NCBI GenBank assembly: GCA_017303755.1
Contig: JAFLBS010000007.1
Span: 92,470-156,469 of the forward strand
DNA: 64,000 bases
Origin: Flavobacteriales bacterium
Lineage (GTDB): Bacteria; Bacteroidota; Bacteroidia; Flavobacteriales; Flavobacteriaceae
Direction of reading: 5' to 3'
Shown here: in pieces, positions 17,170-25,989 of the stretch
Position numbering within the stretch: the first letter of the stretch is position 1
Layout: every line of letters starts with the position of its first letter
Program-made: the position numbers and the translations under genes
The notes under the pieces: generated by a model
What the model saw: only the letters and a program-made list of their open reading frames with translations
Told to the model about the DNA's origin: nothing
Database searches by the model: none

Positions 17170-17790
17170 ATGAAAAATTTATTGAATACAATCGTTTTTA
17201 AATCCCTAGCATTATTTGCAATGGTTTTGTTAGTAGCTTTTGCAGTTACTACAAGTTTTAACCCTTTAGATCAATCTAATGATATTGGAGGTAAAAACAA
17301 AGATATTATTAAGCATACAACTGATACTCCTATCGCGGATATTGGTGGTGGTGGAAAAGGAACCTCAACCACTTTGAAAGCAGATATTGGAGGTAGCAAA
17401 GGTATAAAAGGTGAAGTTATCGACAATCAATATGAGATTTCTGATATTGGTGGAAGAAATACTAATACTACTGGAAACTTTTCTGTTGACGATATCGGAG
17501 GAAGAAATGGAACAGGAACTTCAACTGGTGGTGAATTTCAAATTACAGATATTGGTGGAAGAAGTACAACTTCAACTGGAAATTACACTTCAAATGATAT
17601 TGGTGGTAGAGGAACAAACACAGGGACTGGAGAATATTCAATTTCAGATATTGGAGGTAGAAGTACCAATTCAACAGGAAACTTTGCTTCAAATGATATT
17701 GGTGGTTCAAGAGATCATGTAATTATTAGAAGAATTCCAATACCATTTGCATCCGAAATTGGTGGAAAAAGTACAACAATTGGTCAGTAA
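17170..17790 (+). CDS. Secreted protein with ten (D/E)IGG repeats
   Basis: Hydrophobic signal peptide, then ten (D/E)IGG-anchored Gly/Thr/Ser/Asn-rich units of about 15-21 aa. Confidence 0.85.
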   Translation: MKNLLNTIVFKSLALFAMVLLVAFAVTTSFNPLDQSNDIGGKNKDIIKHTTDTPIADIGGGGKGTSTTLKADIGGSKGIKGEVIDNQYEISDIGGRNTNTTGNFSVDDIGGRNGTGTSTGGEFQITDIGGRSTTSTGNYTSNDIGGRGTNTGTGEYSISDIGGRSTNSTGNFASNDIGGSRDHVIIRRIPIPFASEIGGKSTTIGQ

Positions 17791-17817
17791 TTTTCGTTGA
17801 ATTTAAAAACTAAAATT

Positions 17818-18030
17818 ATGAACTTAATTAAAAGAGCAAAAGCTCCGACACCAAAATTTTTTAAAGTGCTTCGAAATATTGGTTTGGCGTTGGCTGCCGT
17901 TGGTGGAACTATTTTAGCTGCTCCAATTGCTTTGCCTGTAATTGTAACTACCATTGGTGGTTATGTTGCGGTAGCTGGTGGAGTTTTGTCAGCTGCAAGT
18001 CAGCTTACTACAACTGATGACAGCCAATAA
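17818..18030 (+). CDS. Small hydrophobic holin-like membrane protein (70 aa)
   Basis: Basic N-terminus and two hydrophobic segments. ATG at 17818 preferred over the track's TTG at 17797. Confidence 0.6.
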   Translation: MNLIKRAKAPTPKFFKVLRNIGLALAAVGGTILAAPIALPVIVTTIGGYVAVAGGVLSAASQLTTTDDSQ

Positions 18031-18193
18031 TCCCACATTGATGGGAACTGCTGGAGGTACATTTTTAAGTATAGTACCGAATATTCATTCTGAAGACATT
18101 GCAAGAACAGTTATTTTAGCTACTGTTGGAGCTGTTGTCAGTTTTACGATTTCGTTACTGCTTAAGAGCATAAATAAGAAGCACAAAAAATAA
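18017..18193 (+). CDS. Small membrane protein, holin-like (58 aa)
   Basis: ATG at 18017 overlapping the previous gene, TM helix TVILATVGAVVSFTISLLL, basic tail KSINKKHKK. Confidence 0.6.
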   Translation: MTANNPTLMGTAGGTFLSIVPNIHSEDIARTVILATVGAVVSFTISLLLKSINKKHKK

Positions 18194-18234
18194 GTTTTGC
18201 CCTAGTTGTGGTGACCTTTGGGTTAAACAAAATG

Positions 18235-18264
18235 AAAGCCAAGTTATTAGACCTGGCTTTTTTT
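18235..18264 (+). terminator. Terminator of the 16012-18193 operon
   Basis: AAAGCCA...TGGCTTT stem followed by a T-run. Confidence 0.6.
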
Positions 18265-18454
18265 ATTCAGAGAGTTTTAAAATAATTTCAATCTTTTTAT
18301 TTCTATTATATTTTAGTCTTCCAAATTTTTCAATCGCTTTACCAAATTCATTCATTTTGGTATTAAAATCATGCCAATCCTTATCTAAATCACTTAATAA
18401 AGCCTTGTCTTTAGCATCATTAAGTTCAATTTCTTTTCTTTTTATTTCTTCCAT
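18263..18454 (-). CDS. Small hypothetical protein (63 aa)
   Basis: Open frame with coiled-coil-like composition directly downstream of the 18485 gene. No recognisable family. Confidence 0.4.
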   Translation of the reverse strand: MEEIKRKEIELNDAKDKALLSDLDKDWHDFNTKMNEFGKAIEKFGRLKYNRNKKIEIILKLSE

Positions 18455-18484
18455 TATTTTTAAATTAATTTATTCAAATTTAAT

Positions 18485-18904
18485 TTATTTAATATATCTG
18501 TGCAAAATAACTCTCCGCATATCATTGATAAGATTTAGATTTTCATGGAAACGTTTTTCGCTTTGTTCCAAAAGCTTTAAAGTTTCGATATTCTTAACGT
18601 GTTCCTTATGGTCTTTTATCTCTTGGTTGACTTTTATTGAAAATTCTTTTCTAATGTCGTATAAGCTCAAAAATGGGATTACTGAACCTCTAAGGAATTG
18701 ATGCCAAAATTTTGTTTTCCAAAGTGCATAAGCCGTTAAATTGATAGTGTCAAAATCAGATTCGTTTTCAAAAATGATAACAAAACTGTTTGTAAATGGC
18801 TCTATTTGTGGCTTTCCGCTGTTCATTCCTTTGTTAAGCAGGAATAAATGTGGTTTTGTGTAGATAGTTTCTTTTCTGTGGCTTTTAATGATAAATTTCA
18901 GCAT
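18485..18904 (-). CDS. DUF6943-like protein
   Basis: FLLNKGMNSGKP...FTNSFV...LRGSVIPFL pattern, typical of Bacteroidota mobile elements. Confidence 0.7.
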   Translation of the reverse strand: MLKFIIKSHRKETIYTKPHLFLLNKGMNSGKPQIEPFTNSFVIIFENESDFDTINLTAYALWKTKFWHQFLRGSVIPFLSLYDIRKEFSIKVNQEIKDHKEHVKNIETLKLLEQSEKRFHENLNLINDMRRVILHRYIK

Positions 18905-19046
18905 AACATCGGGTTTAAAAAATTAGATTAATTTTCAATTTTTTGTGGTGTTTCTTATGAAATGCAGTTGTGCCTCGCTACGCTCCGCCCATTAAAATTT
19001 TTCAAAAGAAAAAAAGAAAAAAAAGAAAGCCATTCGTCCAAGTGGA

Positions 19047-20306
19047 AGGTTTCAAAAAAGCAAGTTTTTCAGAAAAAATACTACCCGATAAGTGATTGAA
19101 ATCGTTAGCATCTAATCGAAAGTAGTATGTATTTTGAAACTGTTTGGGTGGAGATTTTTTCTGAAACCCGCAGGGCTTGAACTTGCTTTTTTGAATACCT
19201 GGAACTTATCTTTGCTTCCTTTTTTTTTTATTTATTTTGAAATTTCAATCTGTTGTTCTTATAAAATCGAAGTTGATTCTGAAGTAATGAGAGTTGAATT
19301 GGAAGATGTTCGTCTTCGGAAAGGGTATCAAATTCTTTGGATGGATGAATAAACCAAATCAGAAAATAAAAAAGCTATTCATCCGGCCAAAGAATTTGAT
19401 ACTCTTTCTTGGATTTGATTTTTGAGGATGCCTAAAAGTCAGTTGCAAGTGGCAGTGTTCAGTTAGCAGTTAATAATCTTATGGAAATGGGAAGCATCTT
19501 CAAAAAACAATGCATTATACTGCCGAGTGCGATGTGGCAGTAGCGCAAGTAAGGGTATCATTTTTTATTTGCTTATTGGGATGTTTCTGATTGCTTTAGT
19601 GGAAAAGCTGATGCCTGAAATTCAGTTGACAGTCGCAGTGTTCAGTATTCGGCAGATTATCTTAAAAAACGGTATGGCATCAGCTTTTTCGCTGGAGCAA
19701 TTATTACTTGTTTTCTGGCAAATAAAAAATGATACTCTTACTGGGGATTTTGGTTTTGTGGGTTCTAAAAATGGCTTTACCATAGGCAAATAATTAAAAG
19801 TTAAAGCCATTTTTAGAACTTACAAAAGCAATGAAAACACTTCCTATTTAAACGCAAAGTTGATAAAAACAGTTACCGTGAACGTTCATAAAAGCAATGG
19901 TAACCGAAACTATTCCTATGATATGGTAAATGTTCTTAAAGACAGTGGCGAAGGACGGTTTTTTTTGTAGCTGGGTGATGCGATGGGAGCTACAAAAAAA
20001 GTTGTCCTAGAGCCACTGGCACGAGCGTTGGGTGAGCGGCTTTTTTACATAATGTTATTATAGTGCATCCGAGATTTTGATTAGTAGCAGGATAGTCCCT
20101 ATGCACTATAATGCAACATTATGTAAAGAAGCTTGGGAAAAAAAATTACTGGCATGAGTTGCGAAGCGTACGTGTTTTTGTTTTGTGCGTTGGGCAAGCT
20201 CTTTGGCTGATGGCGTGCAGGATTTTTCAATTTACATATAATTTTCTTGCCATCAGGTAAAGTGCTTGATGAGCGTTGGGACAAAAACCATGACAGTAAT
20301 TTTTTT
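19047..20306 (+). other. Non-coding array of about eight long imperfect hairpins
   Basis: Stems: 19051-79/19154-95, 19323-51/19376-404, 19419-31/19494-506, 19589-615/19676-702, 19754-79/19802-27, 19943-72/19988-20018, 20039-68/20101-32, 20139-56/20289-306. Confidence 0.85.
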
Positions 20307-20335
20307 AGGAGCGTTGGGAAGGAGTGGCAATAAAG

Positions 20336-21262
20336 CTATAATTGAATATTTTTGATATAAAATCCTAACTCATATTCAATAGAATCACTCTCTAAATCAG
20401 GATCAATATCGATTTCTTTTAATACTAATTTATTATTTCTTGTGTCTGTATAAGAATCAATTGCTTTAGGGATTTCTATACCAGTAATATCTTCAATAAG
20501 AGAAATGTTAACTTGATAAGTGTCTGCATCTTTAAATTGCATAAAAAGTTGGTCTTCTGATTCTAATTCTTCTATAATATGATTTTCTTGAAGCAATTTA
20601 TTCTGGCTCATCATAAACCCGACCCTGTAAAGATTCCCATCTTCTTTTTGAAAAACAACGACTTTCCAAAACAGAGAAGGGATTTGTATTTGTTTACCAT
20701 TTATAGGTGTTACAAAATATGGATTTGAACTTAATAAAACTGGACCTGTAAAAACACAAATACGTAATTCATTTCGCTTTGTTTCAGTATGGAGTATGTA
20801 ATCCTCTAAACTTCGCCATATATCTCTATTTAAATCTTTGTGCTGTGGAACTGCATTCGTATAATAAAATGTTGAGTTAGCAGCATTTAAGGCTATCCCA
20901 GGAGTTTCTCCCCATTGTACGTCTTCCCGTTTAGTCATATGACCTTTGTCAAAATCACTTTTTAGGGCACTGTAGAGTTCTTTACCCATTTGAAACTCTT
21001 TGGATAATCTTGTGTCTTTTCGCCAATTATCCTTTCTTGGAACTTTCTTAAATTGAATTCCATCAATATTTGTTGCTGTATAGAATGGAAACTTGTGAGA
21101 TGCAGATTGTTGTAAACTGTAATTAATGTATTTTATAACTTTATTACCTTCATCATCTGAAACCAAATCATCATTTTGGTCTGAGCTAAGATTAGGTAAA
21201 AGTACCGTTTGGTTTGAGATGAATTGTTCATCATAACCTTGAAATAATTTTTCACTTATCAT
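20336..21262 (-). CDS. DNA/RNA non-specific endonuclease (NucA/EndoG His-Me finger), no signal peptide
   Basis: FDKGHMTKR, TFYYTNAVPQHKDLNRDIW..LEDY, VFTGPV, IPSLFWKVV. Confidence 0.93.
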   Translation of the reverse strand: MISEKLFQGYDEQFISNQTVLLPNLSSDQNDDLVSDDEGNKVIKYINYSLQQSASHKFPFYTATNIDGIQFKKVPRKDNWRKDTRLSKEFQMGKELYSALKSDFDKGHMTKREDVQWGETPGIALNAANSTFYYTNAVPQHKDLNRDIWRSLEDYILHTETKRNELRICVFTGPVLLSSNPYFVTPINGKQIQIPSLFWKVVVFQKEDGNLYRVGFMMSQNKLLQENHIIEELESEDQLFMQFKDADTYQVNISLIEDITGIEIPKAIDSYTDTRNNKLVLKEIDIDPDLESDSIEYELGFYIKNIQL

Positions 21263-21266
21263 AAAT

Positions 21267-22298
21267 TCAGTTTTTATGGTTGTCTTTTACAAATTGAATA
21301 ATTTTATTAATGAAAATACCTTCATTCCGTGATTTGATTCCTGTAGGAAGTTCTGGCTCTCCTGGTCTACTTCCACCTCCACTATGATGTAAAGCTACTA
21401 CTTCCCAATCTGAATTAAATACGGGAGAACCGGAAGATCCTTTTAATGTATCTGTGAGATATTGAACAACTCGGCTGTCTGTATGGGTTACGATGTTATG
21501 ATAAAGAGAAATTTGTTTCATTTCTCCTCCAGGATGCTGAATAATATTAACGAAATCATTTGGTTTTATTTCAACATCATTTAGTTCTATATATCCGTAT
21601 GAGTCTAATTCTCCTTGTTCATGAATGAGTTTACAAACTATTGTGTCATATTCATTTACAGTAGACCAATATATGGGTTTATTTTCATCAATATGGAAGC
21701 CTTTAGAAGGAATGCTGTTACCGTTTATATCCAATTCATAATCAAAAATAATTTTAGTTTTAGCAATGCGATTTTCATCTTTGATAACATGATAATTAGT
21801 AATAAAAAACAACTCATCGATGCCCTTCACCTTGAAGAGAAATCCGGTACCAACATCAAAACGATTGCTACCTACCTTAATTTCTACTTTTCCAACAGCT
21901 TTGCTTTTCTGAACTCCTTTTGCTAAAAAGTTAACAGGAAGCAAAGTACTACGCCCCATTGTCAAAACTTCTAGCGTTTCTTCAGCGACATCTTGCCATT
22001 TGGAAACTTTATCAATATCCGGGCTTAAAGAATAATCAATTTCTTTTGTAGCCAAAGCCGATTTTAAAAATGGATTATCAGGATAGGTGTCTAATACAGA
22101 TTTTACTAATTCATCAACTTTACTGTTCTTGTCTGCTTCACTTAGAACATTGCTCCAAACGTCCATAGCGTTACCACTTTCATTTATATGTTGTGGTTTC
22201 AGCCCTGCTGCTTTTACATATTTTGTGATTCCATCCTTATTAGGAACCAAGTCACTTAAAACATCATTTAATTGCGTAAGTTTTTTTGTCCAAGCCAT
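21267..22298 (-). CDS. EAD1-trypsin-like (V8-type) serine protease
   Basis: N-terminal ~80-aa EAD1-like domain. Catalytic triad TNYHVI, YDTIV, GSSGSPVF. Confidence 0.92.
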   Translation of the reverse strand: MAWTKKLTQLNDVLSDLVPNKDGITKYVKAAGLKPQHINESGNAMDVWSNVLSEADKNSKVDELVKSVLDTYPDNPFLKSALATKEIDYSLSPDIDKVSKWQDVAEETLEVLTMGRSTLLPVNFLAKGVQKSKAVGKVEIKVGSNRFDVGTGFLFKVKGIDELFFITNYHVIKDENRIAKTKIIFDYELDINGNSIPSKGFHIDENKPIYWSTVNEYDTIVCKLIHEQGELDSYGYIELNDVEIKPNDFVNIIQHPGGEMKQISLYHNIVTHTDSRVVQYLTDTLKGSSGSPVFNSDWEVVALHHSGGGSRPGEPELPTGIKSRNEGIFINKIIQFVKDNHKN

Positions 22299-22299
22299 T

Positions 22300-23445
22300 T
22301 TATATAAATATTTGTGGATAATCTACTGTTACTCTATCAACAAGGTTTTCTACCATTTCTTTTTTGATACACAAATCAATAAGTTGGGAAGACATATTGA
22401 CCGCCGAGTCTTCTACCAATAAAGAAACATTCACGCCAATTTTTTTTGCCAAAGTTCTAACTGATACACTGGATTGATAATATTGCGGAAGCTTTATCAT
22501 TAACTCTTCTACCGATTGCTCCTTGAAATATGCTCCGCGAATTCTCTCGTATAGTAAGTTTAGTTTTGCCTTTTCAGAAGTACTCGATAATTCTGATGGG
22601 CATAAATACCTAGATTCAAAAATTGGATTTACTATATTGGGATTTAAAAGGTATTCACCGTTTCGTCCTTCTTTCTTTGCATATTCTTTAAAGAAATGTT
22701 CAATTTCACTATTAACATTTTTCACTTTACTATCTGCCGTTACATATACAAAGTCATAAAAAAGACTATCTTGATATTCGTATTCCATTAAAGAAAAAGG
22801 ATGATAAGCGACAGGATAATTTCTTTCTAATACTTGGATTTTATCAATAGAATCAATTACCAAATATCCTCTGGGTATATCTTTGGTTGAAGCAAATTTT
22901 GATGCCCAGTAAATATCCATTGGTAGCCATTTAGCACCTCTAATCATAACGCAATCTCCTTGCTTGATTTTCAAATGATCGTAAACTTCAGGGAAGCATA
23001 ACAAAGGAATCCCAGTAGATGCATTACAACCAGCACTAACTGATAATAATACTTTTCTTTCATCAGTCGGTGGTAATAATAATGTACCTACACCTCCCAT
23101 CACTTTTTTAGATTTCCCAGGAGGATAAAACTCTATCCACTGCTTACTTTGTAAAGCAATATCTTCCATCTTATGCTGTCTTATTTGTTCTGATGATGGA
23201 GTCCAATAAAGTCCAGGAACACGAGCAACCCAATCGGAAACTACAAAATCGTATAAGTCAATTTTTTGGTTCCAATATTTAGTGGGATCAGCAATTACGT
23301 TTCTCCAAAACTCTTCATCATTAGAGAACCAAAAGTTTTCATAATTTGAAATATTTTCATTTAGAGAGTTTACTTCTTCAGCTAAAGCATAATTCTCTAT
23401 AGTTTCAATGAGTTTTGTTCCTTTGTATAATTCTTTTAGGCCCAT
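22300..23445 (-). CDS. Unknown ~305-aa domain with a C-terminal EAD1-like domain
   Basis: The last ~70 aa align by eye with the trypsin N-domain (L...YY...V..LAK.IG...LV..V..DYP). Confidence 0.7.
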   Translation of the reverse strand: MGLKELYKGTKLIETIENYALAEEVNSLNENISNYENFWFSNDEEFWRNVIADPTKYWNQKIDLYDFVVSDWVARVPGLYWTPSSEQIRQHKMEDIALQSKQWIEFYPPGKSKKVMGGVGTLLLPPTDERKVLLSVSAGCNASTGIPLLCFPEVYDHLKIKQGDCVMIRGAKWLPMDIYWASKFASTKDIPRGYLVIDSIDKIQVLERNYPVAYHPFSLMEYEYQDSLFYDFVYVTADSKVKNVNSEIEHFFKEYAKKEGRNGEYLLNPNIVNPIFESRYLCPSELSSTSEKAKLNLLYERIRGAYFKEQSVEELMIKLPQYYQSSVSVRTLAKKIGVNVSLLVEDSAVNMSSQLIDLCIKKEMVENLVDRVTVDYPQIFI

Positions 23446-23451
23446 AATCAG

Positions 23452-25989
23452 TTATGTTTTTATGAAGTTTTTTCTTAAATCATATATGATTTTAAACTTC
23501 TGGTTTTCCCCATATTGTTTTTTTACTTCTTTAAGTAAATTGTTCATTGTTATTTCTTTGAAGTGCTCCTTGCGTAATTTATAAAACACATTACTCCAAA
23601 TTTCGCTTGATGTTCCTTTTGCGAGTAGATCAGATTCTTTTCCTCCTGCCTTTTTCCAAATTGTTGTTAATGAAGTCCCATTTGGATATAGCTCAACAAT
23701 TAATTCTTCTGCACTTTGCCACCATTCATTTGTTGGAATACTAACTGAGGATAAAATACCTGAAAATGATAAAAGTCCTTTGGTTATAAAGTCAAGAAGG
23801 TGGTGACATTCTGCTAATGCAAATTTCCAATTATTGTTTTTGGAAGCTTTGGAATTAATTATATAAGTTGAATTGGAAAATCGTCTTTTTGCTATCAGTT
23901 GCCCCAATTGAGTCGCGTCAATAGAACTAATTTGTCCTGAAAAGTTATTCAAATAATCTCGAAGATTACTGTCGCTCAACTGAGAAAATCTATCAAATAC
24001 TTGAATTACAGATTTAAGATTATTTCTATTGAAATACAAGAAATCAGCGATGCCCTTTCTACTTATGTGATCCAACAAAACAGCATCATTAGGTATCTCA
24101 ATGGTTGAGTTTTTACTGAGTTGTTCAAGTAATTCAGCAGACGTTTTGATTAAGAAATTGTCTTTTGCAGATGAAGGAAATTTACCCCATAAAATAGTCC
24201 TATTAGGATACGTTAGTAGATTTCCAAATTCGGAGTGGGAAATTTTATTAATAAGTCTTTCAGAAACCACATTGCCACCAATAAGATGGTCAAACAATTT
24301 ATGTATTTCTTTTTGAGGCTCTTTTAAACCAGAATCCACTTGATTTCCATTTTCAATTGCCTCAGCCCAAATTAGCTGCCAGTTGTCATTTAAAACATCT
24401 ATTCTCTTCAGATTCTTAGATGAATAATGGCAGATTTTACCGGCAATTTTAATCATTCGAGATTCACCAGTATCAATAGCATAATCAACAATTGAGTTAT
24501 CATCTTTTCCTGTTACTATCGCCTCAACAGCTTCAAAATAATTTTCATCCTGATCAATTTTGAATAGTTCTGTTAGAGCAGTACCTAATTCAAATTGCCT
24601 ATCCAATAGATATGCGTATAACCTTAGCCAATTATTGCTAATAGAGAATTCTTGTAGTTCTTCAATAAGTTCCTTTGAAATTTTCTTAGGTAACTTTTCA
24701 ATAAAACAGCTTTCAGCATTTTTGGATTTGTCGATAAAAGATTTAATTATGGACAGAATGAATGGTGATTCCATTAACCAAGTGTAAACAATAGCAATCT
24801 TGGAAGCTTGAGCGGTTCCTAAGTAGGATTCAAGCTCTTGTGTTATTACTTTATCCCACCAATTCGGATTACTCTTTTTTACCTGCTCAAAAAATGAGGT
24901 ATATCCAACTGATTTATTTTCAAGTGAAAAAATATATTTCTTCATCCAGCCTATTAAAGCTGTTGATAAAGTTTTTTTTGAGTTCTTGAAGCTCTCCGTT
25001 TTGAAATTCCTTAATATATTTAGGTCAGAAAAGTTTGCCGATTCTGCTAATTGGACAATCTTATTTAATAATAGTTGCTTAAAATCTGTACCTTGTTTGT
25101 CCGAATGAGCATATTCTGCTACAATATGTGAAAGGGTATTTAGCTTTTTAAGATCTCTTACGCTGTCTAAGTGTTCAAAAGTATCAATACCTTTCGCTAT
25201 TAAGGCAATATCTTCTCGTGAAAGAGACTTTGATTCAATCGCTTTCTCGAAATTGCTAATACGTTGTTGAACGGACACATCACCAATTAATAATTGTTCT
25301 ATTAACTCGGTAGGTTCATGGTTGTCGTTCTTTCCAATAACAAAGAAGTCCGATCGGAGAAACTTGCTTTGAACACTTTCAGGTACAGCAATTAGGCTTA
25401 TGTGATTAGTTTCTTTATGGTCATTATTGAATGCAATACCAAACTGAAAATTTGGTCGTTCAATAACGGTTAGACGTTTCCACAACTCTATAACCGCTGT
25501 GTCAAAACCTTCCTGCCCAATCCATATTAATGTATTCTTATGGCTGTTTATGTTAATATAGCCATTAATAAGTTTGTTGAATTTGCCCCGAATAGCATCC
25601 GGTATACCGACGGCATCATTTGAGGACATTTCTATTGAAATCGGTTCCAGATCCGTACTCTTATTTATTTCTTGGGGTAATAGACTTATAATTTGCACTA
25701 TATTATCTATTTTTATTATTTCTTCTTTCTGAATCATCAGAACATGAGAATATTTCCTGCCTCTTCTTACATCAGGAGCTGTATCCTCAAATGTTTTCAT
25801 AATCAAAAAATAGTCTCCTTCCGAAAATCCGCGAATAGCAGGCTCCCAATTAACTCCACTAGTTTGATCTTGTAAATCCGTCCTAAAGGCAATGCTCTTA
25901 GCGATATTAACATCCGGCAAGGTAGTTTTTATTAAACCCCATGCTTTATTCACTTCTCCGCAAATGGATTGATGTATTATTACTTTCAC
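23452..25989 (-). CDS. GAP1-type (GTPase-associated protein 1) with a C-terminal EAD1-like domain
   Basis: N-terminal IHQSICGE..D...G..YFLIMKTF.D...RRGR..SHVL (GAP1-N1-like), long helical middle, C-terminal ELYPNG...IWKKAGG...IWSNV. Confidence 0.75.
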   Translation of the reverse strand: MKVIIHQSICGEVNKAWGLIKTTLPDVNIAKSIAFRTDLQDQTSGVNWEPAIRGFSEGDYFLIMKTFEDTAPDVRRGRKYSHVLMIQKEEIIKIDNIVQIISLLPQEINKSTDLEPISIEMSSNDAVGIPDAIRGKFNKLINGYININSHKNTLIWIGQEGFDTAVIELWKRLTVIERPNFQFGIAFNNDHKETNHISLIAVPESVQSKFLRSDFFVIGKNDNHEPTELIEQLLIGDVSVQQRISNFEKAIESKSLSREDIALIAKGIDTFEHLDSVRDLKKLNTLSHIVAEYAHSDKQGTDFKQLLLNKIVQLAESANFSDLNILRNFKTESFKNSKKTLSTALIGWMKKYIFSLENKSVGYTSFFEQVKKSNPNWWDKVITQELESYLGTAQASKIAIVYTWLMESPFILSIIKSFIDKSKNAESCFIEKLPKKISKELIEELQEFSISNNWLRLYAYLLDRQFELGTALTELFKIDQDENYFEAVEAIVTGKDDNSIVDYAIDTGESRMIKIAGKICHYSSKNLKRIDVLNDNWQLIWAEAIENGNQVDSGLKEPQKEIHKLFDHLIGGNVVSERLINKISHSEFGNLLTYPNRTILWGKFPSSAKDNFLIKTSAELLEQLSKNSTIEIPNDAVLLDHISRKGIADFLYFNRNNLKSVIQVFDRFSQLSDSNLRDYLNNFSGQISSIDATQLGQLIAKRRFSNSTYIINSKASKNNNWKFALAECHHLLDFITKGLLSFSGILSSVSIPTNEWWQSAEELIVELYPNGTSLTTIWKKAGGKESDLLAKGTSSEIWSNVFYKLRKEHFKEITMNNLLKEVKKQYGENQKFKIIYDLRKNFIKT

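Noticed and set aside
17411-17722. 103-aa overlapping ORF with ILVEE repeats
   Set aside because: Alternative-frame shadow of the DIGG repeat gene.
17280-17770. Recurrent GATATTGG(T/A)GG DNA motif with 45-60-nt spacing resembling a CRISPR array
   Set aside because: The repeats are only ~11 nt, vary at synonymous positions and stay in frame in a signal-peptide ORF. No cas genes are present.
18017-18193. Resemblance to an inovirus major coat protein (acidic patch, TM helix, basic tail)
   Set aside because: No Zot/pI-like ATPase or rolling-circle Rep is present. A holin-like role next to DUF5675 is simpler.
19134-20284. Four short ORFs (19134, 19527, 19622, 20099) in the hairpin region
   Set aside because: No motifs, conflicting strands, and they run through the inverted repeats. 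Treated as spurious.
19047-20306. Retron msr-msd or integron attC array as the explanation for the hairpins
   Set aside because: No reverse transcriptase or IntI-type integrase is in the window. The stems lack paired RYYYAAC/GTTRRRY ends, and no gene cassettes lie between them.
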